A DNA stretch of 64,000 nt from Candidatus Xenobia bacterium (GCA_045863235.1 BTUM01000008.1:72767-136766); one strand, 5' to 3'. Counted from the stretch's first letter, positions 37,278 through 45,833 are shown. Notes: generated from the letters alone by a model not told the origin. Made by a program: numbers and translations.

Positions 37278-39503
37278 TTACGAACGTCGGGAAGACGAGG
37301 AAGAGCGCCGGCGACGTCCTCCTCCGCTGCTCGAGGAGGCGGAACGTTGCCCGCCGCCACCCGAGCCACCCGAGCCACCTGAGCCGCTCGAGCGGCGGCG
37401 CCGACGAGAGCTGTCCGAATCGCCATCCGAAGCCCGGTAGCGCGAAGCAGCGGCCCGACTCGACTCGAGCAAAGCCAGCTTGGAATCGACCGGGGCTGGC
37501 TCATCGTCGTCGTCTCGAGTCCGACGGCCACGCGGCTCGTCATAGTAGTCCTCGTCGTGATAACGAGGGGCTGGCTCGCTGCGGCGGTAATCGTCCTCGT
37601 AAGAGGGTGGCGCGCTCCTGCTACCGCTCCGGCTCCCGCTCCCACCCCCGCTTGTGCTGGCGCTACTGCGACCGCGCCGCCCGCGGCCCGAGCTTTCGTA
37701 GGCTCCGGTTTCCACGCTCGATTCGCGCGCAGAGCGGTACCGGTCGTCGCGTCCTCGACCCGAGCGAGGGGCCTCCTCGCGACTGTACTCCTCCCGCTCG
37801 CGATAAGCGGGCGGCTCGTCACGATAATCCTCTCGCTCATAGCGGGGCGAATAGTCTTCTCGCTCGTAGTCGTCATAGTAGCGGCGAGTCGAGCTCTCCT
37901 CGTATCGATCGTCGGGCGGGTAAGCAGCCGCTCGCTCGGAAGTCGAGGTGCGGCTCTCTGCTTCGGAATCACGCCGACTGCGACGGCGCCGACGCGAGCG
38001 ACTGGAAGTGCGCTCCTCTTCGGGCTCGTGAGTCGAGACGTGGCGGGTCTCGACCGGAGGAGCATCGTCCTCCTGACCTCGCCGACGGCGACGGCGGCGC
38101 TTGGAGCGCCCGTCCCCCCGCTCGGAAGCGGTCGCAGGCTCTTGCTGCTGGTCGTAGTGCACCTCGAGGTCTGACTCCACGTTGAAGTGGCGCCCGCGCA
38201 GAGCTCCGTTTCGCCGGGTGCCGCCACGCCCAGAGCGGCTCTCCTTCTCTCGTGGAGCGCGCTCGGCCGGAGCCACCGCGCCTCCCATGCCGAGTCGACT
38301 GGCCAGCCGGTGGGCCAGTTCGCTCAGGTTGTAGCGATCCTTGTGGTCGCTGTGACGGTCGTGAACCTGGGCCACGCCCCGGATAGCGTCCTTCTCGCTC
38401 AACAGAACGAGGAAACGAGGAGCCTCGGGAGCTTCCTCTCCGCCCAGCGCCATTTCAGCGTAAATCCCAGCCTCGCGCAGCACATTCAGAACCGGCATCA
38501 GAAGACGGGTGGCTTCCTCGCCTTCCGGCTGCAGGTAAACCGATGGAGAGGGCCGCGTGAACTCGCCGGGCACAGCTTCCAGAATCGCTTCCAGTTGGAG
38601 GGCAAAGCCGACGGCCGGGGTATCCGGTCCACCCAGGGTCTCCACCAGGCCATCATAACGACCACCGGTGCCCAGCACCGATTCGCCGTGTCGAACCTGG
38701 AAGATTGTGCGGTTGTAATACTCCAGGTCGCGCACCACGCGCGGATTCAGGTCGTGAGGAATCTTCATCTCGGCCAGATAGGCCTTGAGCTGACTGAAAT
38801 GCTGCTTACAGGCCGGGCAGAGCAGGCCGAACATGGTGGGGGCCACCTGCCCGAGCTCAGCGCAACTCTTCTCGTTGCAACCCAGCGTCCAGAGCGGATG
38901 AGTCTTGTGCTTGCGCTTGCAAGTTCCACAAAGCTCGTTGGAATGGGACGAGAAGTACTCCTTGAGAACCTCATGGTAAGCCGGGCGACACTTGTCGCAT
39001 CCCAACGAGTTGAGCTCGAAGACCACGTCGCTCAAGCCGATGCGCTTGAGGAACGCCCAGGCCAGGGCGATCACCTCGGCATCCTGGGCCGGGTGGGGCG
39101 AACCCAGAGCTTCGACCCCGAACTGGTGGCTCTGTCGGCTGCCTTCCTCGGTCTCCCGGCCGATCAGGAAGACGGGGGCCAGGTAGTAGAACTTGCTGAC
39201 GCCCTGGTTCTTCTCGTTGAGGTTGTTCTCATAGTAAGCGCGTACCACCGAAGCGGTGACATCGGCTCGCAAGGCCAGCTTCTGGCCAAACTTGTCGTGG
39301 AAGGTCCAGAGCTCGCGCTCGACGAGCCCGGCCAGGACTCCCATCCCCCTCACGAAAAGCTCCGCCTTTTCGAACAGAGGGGTTCGAATCTCGAGATAAC
39401 CGTATTGCTGACTGAGTAACCGGGCCTGACTCTCGATCAGTTGCCAGCGGGATGTCTCTTCCGGTAGTAGATCACGGGTGCCACGCACCGCTCGGACAGA
39501 CAT
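37278..39503 (-). CDS. Histidyl-tRNA synthetase-like protein with degenerate motifs 2/3 and long charged C-terminal extension
   Basis: RGTRDLLP, EIRTPLFE, LALRADVTAS, VVRDLEYY, GGRYDGLV indicate the HisRS fold; SD GGAGG; catalytic Arg residues absent (see findings), so hisS symbol withheld. Confidence 0.88.
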   Translation of the reverse strand: MSVRAVRGTRDLLPEETSRWQLIESQARLLSQQYGYLEIRTPLFEKAELFVRGMGVLAGLVERELWTFHDKFGQKLALRADVTASVVRAYYENNLNEKNQGVSKFYYLAPVFLIGRETEEGSRQSHQFGVEALGSPHPAQDAEVIALAWAFLKRIGLSDVVFELNSLGCDKCRPAYHEVLKEYFSSHSNELCGTCKRKHKTHPLWTLGCNEKSCAELGQVAPTMFGLLCPACKQHFSQLKAYLAEMKIPHDLNPRVVRDLEYYNRTIFQVRHGESVLGTGGRYDGLVETLGGPDTPAVGFALQLEAILEAVPGEFTRPSPSVYLQPEGEEATRLLMPVLNVLREAGIYAEMALGGEEAPEAPRFLVLLSEKDAIRGVAQVHDRHSDHKDRYNLSELAHRLASRLGMGGAVAPAERAPREKESRSGRGGTRRNGALRGRHFNVESDLEVHYDQQQEPATASERGDGRSKRRRRRRRGQEDDAPPVETRHVSTHEPEEERTSSRSRRRRRSRRDSEAESRTSTSERAAAYPPDDRYEESSTRRYYDDYEREDYSPRYEREDYRDEPPAYREREEYSREEAPRSGRGRDDRYRSARESSVETGAYESSGRGRRGRSSASTSGGGSGSRSGSRSAPPSYEDDYRRSEPAPRYHDEDYYDEPRGRRTRDDDDEPAPVDSKLALLESSRAAASRYRASDGDSDSSRRRRRSSGSGGSGGSGGGGQRSASSSSGGGRRRRSSSSSRRS

Positions 39504-39525
39504 GATTCACAAACCTCCGCGGATG

Positions 39526-39876
39526 AGGGACCGGGCGCATGGCTTGCGCGCCGACGAAGTCCCTTCGATAATGGTGGGCGCCGGCCGTGCCACTCGGGGA
39601 GGATGCTCGCGATCGTCTCAGTGTCTGCGACCTTTCGTCTCGCAGAAAGGATGGCGCGACAAAGGCCGGTGAACGTGGTTCCACGATACCTGACGTTTCA
39701 CTATTCAGTTTGCGCCGAATCGGCTCTCTCTTTGTCGCCATCGGTTGCTCGCGTCGGAGCATTCCCCTTCGGTATCAGGGCATCGGACCCTGGGGATGTC
39801 GGGGTAGGTTAACCCGGCGGCCTGGAGGGGAAAGTGGCCTGCTTTCCACGCTGTCATCGCAACGGCTACCCGACAT
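39526..39876. ncRNA. Candidate structured RNA (leader or independent ncRNA), unassigned
   Basis: Nested complementary arms: 39596-39608/39757-39767, 39650-39664/39730-39742, 39669-39676/39693-39701, 39624-39630/39640-39646, 39796-39807/39866-39876, 39526-39531/39559-39564. Confidence 0.4.
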
Positions 39877-39926
39877 TGAGTTGTTTCGGGGAAGAAGCCA
39901 AGTTTCCTCTCCGGCCAGGAATGGCC

Positions 39927-41234
39927 TCAGGAAACGACCTCTTCGATCAATGGCCGCGGGCTGGTTGGGGTGGCTGCAATCGAGATAGCTTCGCCGATCA
40001 GAGCCCGAGAGGTCTGGAGTTGGGAACGGTCGTTGACGTGGAACGTCAGCAAAGGCTCTCCGGCTTCGACCCGATCGCCCAGGCGTTTGTGGAGGACAAG
40101 TCCGACGGCGTGATCGATGGGGTCGTCCTTGCGCAGTCGACCTGCCCCCAGCACCATCGCCGCGCGGCCCAGGGTCTCTGCCTGCAGACTTGCCACAAAG
40201 CCCGACTCAGGGGCCGGATAGTCCTCCAGGTGAGACGCGGTGGGCAAGAGTCCCGGGTCGTCCACCACCCGAGCGTCCCCTCCCTGGGCACTGATGAGTT
40301 CACGCAACTTCTCGGCGGCCGCGCCGGACTGTATCAATCGGCCAGCCTCGGCGCGCGCAGCCGAAAGGTCCGACTGCAAACCGGCCATTTCCAGCAGATG
40401 AGCGGCCAACTCGCGGGCCACCTGAGCCAGCGCCGAATCTGCCCGCTGACCCTGGAGAATCTCAATGGCCTCACGAAACTCGAGCGCGTTGCCGATGTGC
40501 GTTCCCAAGGGTTGCTCCATATCCGACAGGGCGGCGCGAACCTTGCGACCCAGGCGCTTGCCAATGGCCACCATCGAGCGAGCCAGGCGACGGGCGTCTT
40601 CCAGATTCTTCATGAACGCCCCGTGACCAAACTTGACGTCCAGCAGGATCGCATCGGCGCCACAGGCGAGCTTCTTGCTCATGATCGAGCTGGCGATCAG
40701 GGGGATGGAATCCACCGTGGCGGTCACATCGCGCAGGGCGTACATCTTGCCATCGGCCGGCACCAGGCTCCCGGTCTGGCTGATGACGGCCACACCGATG
40801 CGGCGCACCTGCTCGAGAAACTCCTCGGCTGACAGGTTGACGCGCAGCCCGGGCACAGACTCCATTTTGTCCAGCGTGCCTCCGGTGTGGCCCAGACCCC
40901 GCCCCGACATCTTGGCCACCCGGGCCCCTGCGGCGGCAGCCAGTGGTGCTAGAACCAGCGTGGTCGTATCCCCCACCCCTCCGGTGGAGTGCTTGTCGAC
41001 CTTGACGCCGGGGATACTGGAAAGGTCGACCGTGTCCCCCGATGCCACCATCGCCTCGGTGAGCCAGCCAGTCTCCTCGTCGGTCATGCCCCGAAGAAAG
41101 ACTGCCATCATCCAGGCCGACATCTGGTAGCTCTCCATGCGGCCAGCCACGAACTCGCTGATCAAGAAGCGGATTTCCTCGGCGCTGTGGGCCTCTCCGT
41201 CGCGCTTGCGTCGGATCAGGTCGTAGACCCTCAT
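39927..41234 (-). CDS. pdp: Pyrimidine-nucleoside (thymidine) phosphorylase
   Basis: VDKHSTGGVGD, KMSGRGLGHTGGTLDK, YALRDVTATV, SIMSKK. Confidence 0.96.
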   Translation of the reverse strand: MRVYDLIRRKRDGEAHSAEEIRFLISEFVAGRMESYQMSAWMMAVFLRGMTDEETGWLTEAMVASGDTVDLSSIPGVKVDKHSTGGVGDTTTLVLAPLAAAAGARVAKMSGRGLGHTGGTLDKMESVPGLRVNLSAEEFLEQVRRIGVAVISQTGSLVPADGKMYALRDVTATVDSIPLIASSIMSKKLACGADAILLDVKFGHGAFMKNLEDARRLARSMVAIGKRLGRKVRAALSDMEQPLGTHIGNALEFREAIEILQGQRADSALAQVARELAAHLLEMAGLQSDLSAARAEAGRLIQSGAAAEKLRELISAQGGDARVVDDPGLLPTASHLEDYPAPESGFVASLQAETLGRAAMVLGAGRLRKDDPIDHAVGLVLHKRLGDRVEAGEPLLTFHVNDRSQLQTSRALIGEAISIAATPTSPRPLIEEVVS

Positions 41235-42070
41235 CGGGCCGGCACGCCCGGCATGGCCTTGACGACTCCCCGAACCAGGTTGATGAACCGGGGCCCGGCC
41301 TCGGCAGCGGTAGCCAGCACGTCCTCATGAGTATCTTCCGAGGGACCTCGATGCAAAACATTGGTCACACAGGAGATTCCCAGGACCCGCATCCCCTGGT
41401 GCCGTGCCACGATCACCTCGGGCACGGTAGACATTCCGATGGTGTCGGCTCCGATCATCCCAAAAAAGTGAATTTCGGCCGGGGTCTCGAAACTCGGGCC
41501 GGCCAATCCCAGATACACTCCGTCTTTGATGCGGAACCCCTGACTGGAAGCCACCTTGTGAGCCAACTCTCGCAACTCCAGATCGTAAGCGCGCGACATG
41601 GGAGGAAAGCGCGGTCCCAGCCGCTCGTCATTCGGCCCTCGCAAAGGGTTGGCCCCCATCAAGTTGATGTGATCGGTGAGCAGCATCAGGTCACCGGGCA
41701 CCAGATCGGAACGCACGCCCCCGCTGGCATTGGTGACGATCAACGTATGGGCGCCCAGCGCGCCCAGCAAGCGCACCCCAAAGGTGACCTCCTGCAGGCC
41801 ATAGCCTTCGTAATAGTGCACCCGCCCCCGCATGACGGCCACTGGAGTGTCTTCCAACTGGCCCAACACCAGTTCACCCTGATGCCCGACCACGGTGGAA
41901 CGGGGCAGACAAGGAATCTCTTCGTAGGGGATCCGCTGCGCGCTGGCCACGTCATCAGCCAGCTTCCCCAGGCCAGAGCCAAGAATCAGGGCGACTTCGG
42001 GCTTGAAGTCCCCCACGCGTTTGCGAACCTGCTCCACAGCTGCCTGAATCTTATCGTAGTCGTCGACCAA
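41231..42070 (-). CDS. punA: Purine-nucleoside phosphorylase (trimeric type)
   Basis: ILGSGLG, GRVHYYEG, TNASGG, GPSFETPAE, GMSTVPE; TTG start after SD GGAAAGGA. Confidence 0.95.
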   Translation of the reverse strand: MVDDYDKIQAAVEQVRKRVGDFKPEVALILGSGLGKLADDVASAQRIPYEEIPCLPRSTVVGHQGELVLGQLEDTPVAVMRGRVHYYEGYGLQEVTFGVRLLGALGAHTLIVTNASGGVRSDLVPGDLMLLTDHINLMGANPLRGPNDERLGPRFPPMSRAYDLELRELAHKVASSQGFRIKDGVYLGLAGPSFETPAEIHFFGMIGADTIGMSTVPEVIVARHQGMRVLGISCVTNVLHRGPSEDTHEDVLATAAEAGPRFINLVRGVVKAMPGVPAR

Positions 42071-42275
42071 GAAATCGTGTCGTCCTTTCCATTCTCGTTC
42101 CCAGGCTCTGCGCTGCCAACCGTGCAAAGGCCGGCGCCTGATGAGCCCCGTTTTCCGCCTCGGCCCTCTTTACCTGTTGGAGCAAATCGTCTATCATGAT
42201 CTTGCTCACGGCGGGGGACGTGTTTCCAACACTCCTAGAGGTTTTTCCCTTCTTCCCCGCCGCGGGCGCTTTTCT

Positions 42276-42752
42276 TTACTCGGCCTGCTCGAGGGTAGGG
42301 CGGAATTTTTCGAGCACCTTGAGCTCTTCCGCGAAGCGACTGACATCCTTGAATTCCTTGTAAACCGAAGCGAAGCGCACATAGGCAACCTCATCCAGGT
42401 CGCGCAGGGTGTTCATGACCATCTCCCCGATCTCCTGACCCGAGATCTCGGATTCACCCCGATAACGCAGGGTCTGCTCGATCTGATTGACGGCCTGCTC
42501 CATCTGCTCGAAGCTGACGGGGCGCTTTTGACAGGCTCGCAGGACTCCGTTCAAAACCTTGCTGCGGTCGAACTTCTCCCGGCGGCGATCCTTCTTGACC
42601 ACCATCAGCAGAGTTTCCTCGAAGCGCTCGTAAGTCGTAAATCGCCGCCCGCAAGCCTCGCACTCGCGACGGCGACGAATGGACTGATCGTCCTCGGTCA
42701 CCCGCGAATCGACAACTTTGGTTTGCAGGTGCTCACAATACGGACAACGCAG
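42276..42752 (-). CDS. nrdR: Transcriptional repressor NrdR (CTG start)
   Basis: (M)RCPYC...KVVDSR...IRRRRECEAC..RFTTYE zinc ribbon plus ATP cone, AYVRFASVY. Confidence 0.95.
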   Translation of the reverse strand: MRCPYCEHLQTKVVDSRVTEDDQSIRRRRECEACGRRFTTYERFEETLLMVVKKDRRREKFDRSKVLNGVLRACQKRPVSFEQMEQAVNQIEQTLRYRGESEISGQEIGEMVMNTLRDLDEVAYVRFASVYKEFKDVSRFAEELKVLEKFRPTLEQAE

Positions 42753-42753
42753 G

Positions 42754-44007
42754 TCAGAACACCTCGCTCAGCCAGCGACCGACCCGGGTCAACATGACCT
42801 TGACCTTGGACGGGCCACCCTCATCCTCGAGAGAATCCGCGCTGCGCACGGCTCGCCGGACAGCGGCGTGCAAAATCAGGCCCACGGCTGAGGAATAAAT
42901 GGGCGAAGCCAGCGAGTCCATCAAGCCCGGGGGATAGCAGGGCGTCGCGATGCGGGCCGGAAGGCTCAACTCGCGGTGAGCCAGATGAGCGATCCCCGGC
43001 AACTGGGCCGTGCCCCCGGTAATGACCAGGTTGGTGACGACCAAACCCATTCGCTCAGCCAGCTGGATCTGCTTGCCCACCCAGTCGAAGACATCCAGCA
43101 GACGAGCCTCGAGCACTTCGGCCAGTTGGATGCGGGAGACGGGAACCTTCTGATCTCCGGCCAGGCTCAAGGCCTCCAGCATCTCGTCGTCACCCTCGTG
43201 ATAGTCGGGCGAAGCGACCCCACGCTCGAGCTTGAGCCGCTCAGCCTCGGCCGGGGGAATCCGGAAGAAACGGGCAAGATCGTGGGTCAGGAAGTCGCCC
43301 GCCACCGGAAGCACCCCCGAATGGCCGATCTCTCCGTCACAGTAAACGGCCAGGTCGACCGTACCGGCCCCGATATCGATCATTGCCGTGCCCAGCTTGC
43401 GCTCTTCCTCGGTCATCACGGCCAGGGCCGAAGCGATGGAAGAGGCCACCATACCGTCATTCTCGACCTCCAGGCCAGCTTTCTGGACGCACTTGCGCAT
43501 ATTCTGCAAGAAGGCCGAGGCGGCAGCCACCACATGGGTGTTCACCTCCAACCGAATACCAGATAGGCCAACCGGATTGCGGATGCCGCTCTGGCCATCG
43601 ACCGTAAAGCCACGAGGCACGATGTGAAGAATCTCGCGGTCCGAAGGAATGCCCACCATGCGTGCGGCATCGATCACGCGCCGCACGTCGGAACTGGTCA
43701 CCTCGCCCTCGGGGCTGGAAATCGCCCACACGCCCTGAGCGGGCAAAGAGCGCAGATACTCACTGGAGAGACTCAGGTAGACCGGACCGACAGGATAACC
43801 GGCCTGCTTCTCAGCATCGCCCACGGCCTCTTCAATCGAGCGAACCGTTTCTTCGGGGTCGACCAGGGCGCCTTTGCGCAGACCAAGGCAGGGGCTGACT
43901 CCGTGCGAAACGACCTCCAGCTCGCCACCGGCATCGAGCTCTGCGATCACGCAAGCCACTTTGCTCGTGCCGATGTCGACGGCGGTAAGAACTTCCATCC
44001 TGGGCAT
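42754..44007 (-). CDS. ftsA: Cell division protein FtsA
   Basis: DIGTSKV, GLRKG, IDIGAGT, AERLK, VITGGTAQL, YSSAVGL. Confidence 0.95.
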   Translation of the reverse strand: MPRMEVLTAVDIGTSKVACVIAELDAGGELEVVSHGVSPCLGLRKGALVDPEETVRSIEEAVGDAEKQAGYPVGPVYLSLSSEYLRSLPAQGVWAISSPEGEVTSSDVRRVIDAARMVGIPSDREILHIVPRGFTVDGQSGIRNPVGLSGIRLEVNTHVVAAASAFLQNMRKCVQKAGLEVENDGMVASSIASALAVMTEEERKLGTAMIDIGAGTVDLAVYCDGEIGHSGVLPVAGDFLTHDLARFFRIPPAEAERLKLERGVASPDYHEGDDEMLEALSLAGDQKVPVSRIQLAEVLEARLLDVFDWVGKQIQLAERMGLVVTNLVITGGTAQLPGIAHLAHRELSLPARIATPCYPPGLMDSLASPIYSSAVGLILHAAVRRAVRSADSLEDEGGPSKVKVMLTRVGRWLSEVF

Positions 44008-44178
44008 ACTTGCACCCCTCAAAGGGTAGTCTCTGGTGTAGCTGGCAAGCTCGCTGCACGCTTACTTGCGGTGTTGGCCTAATTGGTTCGGGCCGGCTCT
44101 TGAATTTCCTTCCAGGCCAGAAGAAAAAGCCCGACGATCCGCGCTCTGGGTTTCTTGGAGCGGGCCCGCGACTCCTCG

Positions 44179-44207
44179 TTGACAGCGACCGGGGCTTGTG
44201 CTAGCAT
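44179..44207 (+). promoter_or_regulatory. Sigma70 promoter of the rplU operon
   Basis: TTGACA (44179-44184), 17-bp spacer, TAGCAT (44202-44207) preceded by TG. Confidence 0.8.
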
Positions 44208-44247
44208 ACCCCGGCTGTATTTTATCGTGCGGCGCAGAAGCCAATTC

Positions 44248-44331
44248 AGCGACGACAGGAGCGGTCGACGGAGTTAGCGGCGACAGGAGCGGTCGACGGA
44301 ATTAGCGACGACGGGAGCGGCCGACAGAATT
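44248..44331 (+). repeat. Three tandem 28-bp repeats in the rplU 5' leader
   Basis: agcgacgacaggagcggtcgacggagtt / agcggcgacaggagcggtcgacggaatt / agcgacgacgggagcggccgacagaatt. Confidence 0.92.
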
Positions 44332-44369
44332 TGGCAAGCTTCCATAGTTCAGGCGGAGGAATCAAGACA

Positions 44370-44681
44370 ATGTATGCCGTGGTGGAGACCGGAGGAAAGC
44401 AGTATCGAGTGACGGCCGGTCAGACCGTGCGAGTCGAGAAGTTGCTCGGAGAGCCGGGCTCCTCGATTTCGCTGGAGAAGGTTCTGTCGGGTGGCGTCGG
44501 AAGCGATACCAGGGTGGGTGATCCCTACCTGGCCGGCGCTCGCGTCGAGGCCGAGATTCTCGCTCACGACAAGGGCCGTAAGGTGATCGTCTTCAAATAC
44601 AAGAAGCGCAAGCGCTATCGCGTCAAGAACGGCCATCGCCAGCCCTACACAGCGCTGCGCATCAAGTCCATCAACCTGTAA
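44370..44681 (+). CDS. rplU: 50S ribosomal protein L21
   Basis: MYAVVETGGKQYRV...KVIVFKYK.RK.YR...GHRQPYT; SD GGAGG. Confidence 0.98.
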   Translation: MYAVVETGGKQYRVTAGQTVRVEKLLGEPGSSISLEKVLSGGVGSDTRVGDPYLAGARVEAEILAHDKGRKVIVFKYKKRKRYRVKNGHRQPYTALRIKSINL

Positions 44682-45047
44682 TTGATTCGCGTCAGCCTGC
44701 GGCGCGACGCCTCGGGCCGGGTGCAGGAGCTGGCCTGTCGTGGCCACGCTCGTTTCTCACAGCCGGGCCAGGATCTGGTCTGCGCAGGTGTTTCGGCCGT
44801 TCTGGGCGCCCTGGGATTGGGGCTGACCGAGGTGGCCCGATTGCCGGTTTCCCTGCAAGCCGGTGACGGGCTGTTTGTCGTCCGGCGTCCGGCCCGCTGG
44901 CACGACTCGGCCTGGGACCTTCTGCTGGAAACCACGGTCCGGGCCCTGCAAGACCTCGAGCGGCACTACCCGGGCTTCGTGCGCCTGCGACGACTCAAGC
45001 CTCGCGGGATTCGCGCCACTGACGTGGAAGACCAGCCCACAGACTGA
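44682..45047 (+). CDS. prp: Ribosomal-processing cysteine protease Prp (YsxB/DUF464)
   Basis: GHA...DLVCAGVS catalytic His/Cys; position directly after rplU. Confidence 0.9.
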   Translation: MIRVSLRRDASGRVQELACRGHARFSQPGQDLVCAGVSAVLGALGLGLTEVARLPVSLQAGDGLFVVRRPARWHDSAWDLLLETTVRALQDLERHYPGFVRLRRLKPRGIRATDVEDQPTD

Positions 45048-45061
45048 ATCTGGAGGACGCC

Positions 45062-45289
45062 ATGGAAGCTCTTGATCGCAGCGAAGTTGAGGTTCTCGAT
45101 CTCGACGACGAAGGCGGGCCCGACCCATTCTCTCCCGAGCGCCTGATCGGCGTGGCCGTCTTGGGCGCAGTCAGCTCGCTGCTGCTGTACTATCTCTTCA
45201 ACCAGCTCGACCCCGAGCGTCGCGACTCGATCAAAGAAGGCATCATGGCCAGTCTCAAGAGCCAGGTGCGCCGCTGGGGCGAGGCTTGA
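45062..45289 (+). CDS. Small single-TM hypothetical protein
   Basis: SD GGAGG; acidic N-terminus, one TM helix, amphipathic tail. Confidence 0.75.
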   Translation: MEALDRSEVEVLDLDDEGGPDPFSPERLIGVAVLGAVSSLLLYYLFNQLDPERRDSIKEGIMASLKSQVRRWGEA

Positions 45290-45338
45290 GCTGATCGACA
45301 CGGTCCCCGACCCCACTCCCTCCTTTCGCCGCAGTTTC

Positions 45339-45833
45339 GTGGTTCTACTTGCCCTGGGCTGGCTGCTGGCCGATCAAGGCAGCAAGTGGCTCGTCCAGAG
45401 CCACTTGAAGCTGCACGAAAGCCAGACGACCCCGGGCGACTGGCTGCTCTGGACCCACGTGCACAACCGGGGAGGGGCATTCGGCCTGTTTCCCGGGGCC
45501 AGCTTGCTCTTTCTCGGCACCGGGGTCGGCGTCATCGCGGTCTTGCTGTGGACCTTACCGCGCACCCGCAGCCTCGACTGGGCCAGCGCAGTCGCTTACG
45601 GGCTGATCATGGGCGGCGCGCTGGGCAATCTGCTGGATCGGCTCCGCCTCGGCTACGTGGTCGACTTCATCGACCTCAATTTTCGACCTCTGGTCACATG
45701 GCCTGTCTTCAACGTGGCCGACATCGGCATCTCGACTGGAATCGGGCTGTTGATCCTCACTTCCATCTGGCCGTCGCGTAGCCCGCGTCCGGCTCCAGAG
45801 AGTAGCTCCACGCATACTGAAAGCTCAGAGTGA
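45339..45833 (+). CDS. lspA: Lipoprotein signal peptidase II
   Basis: DQGSK, NRGGAFG, GGALGNLLDR, VVDFI, FNVAD; start uncertain. Confidence 0.95.
   Translation: MVLLALGWLLADQGSKWLVQSHLKLHESQTTPGDWLLWTHVHNRGGAFGLFPGASLLFLGTGVGVIAVLLWTLPRTRSLDWASAVAYGLIMGGALGNLLDRLRLGYVVDFIDLNFRPLVTWPVFNVADIGISTGIGLLILTSIWPSRSPRPAPESSSTHTESSE

Noticed and set aside
39560..39600. Minus-strand ...CCCACCA as a tRNA/tmRNA 3' end
   Set aside because: No T-arm (GTTCRA) and no matching acceptor stem
44248..44331. 28-bp repeats as a mini CRISPR array
   Set aside because: Units are directly adjacent with no spacers, and no cas genes are present
45291..45341. Second possible CTG start, for lspA (45291, after GAGG)
   Set aside because: In-frame GTG at 45339 already gives a plausible LspA N-terminus; cannot be decided from sequence
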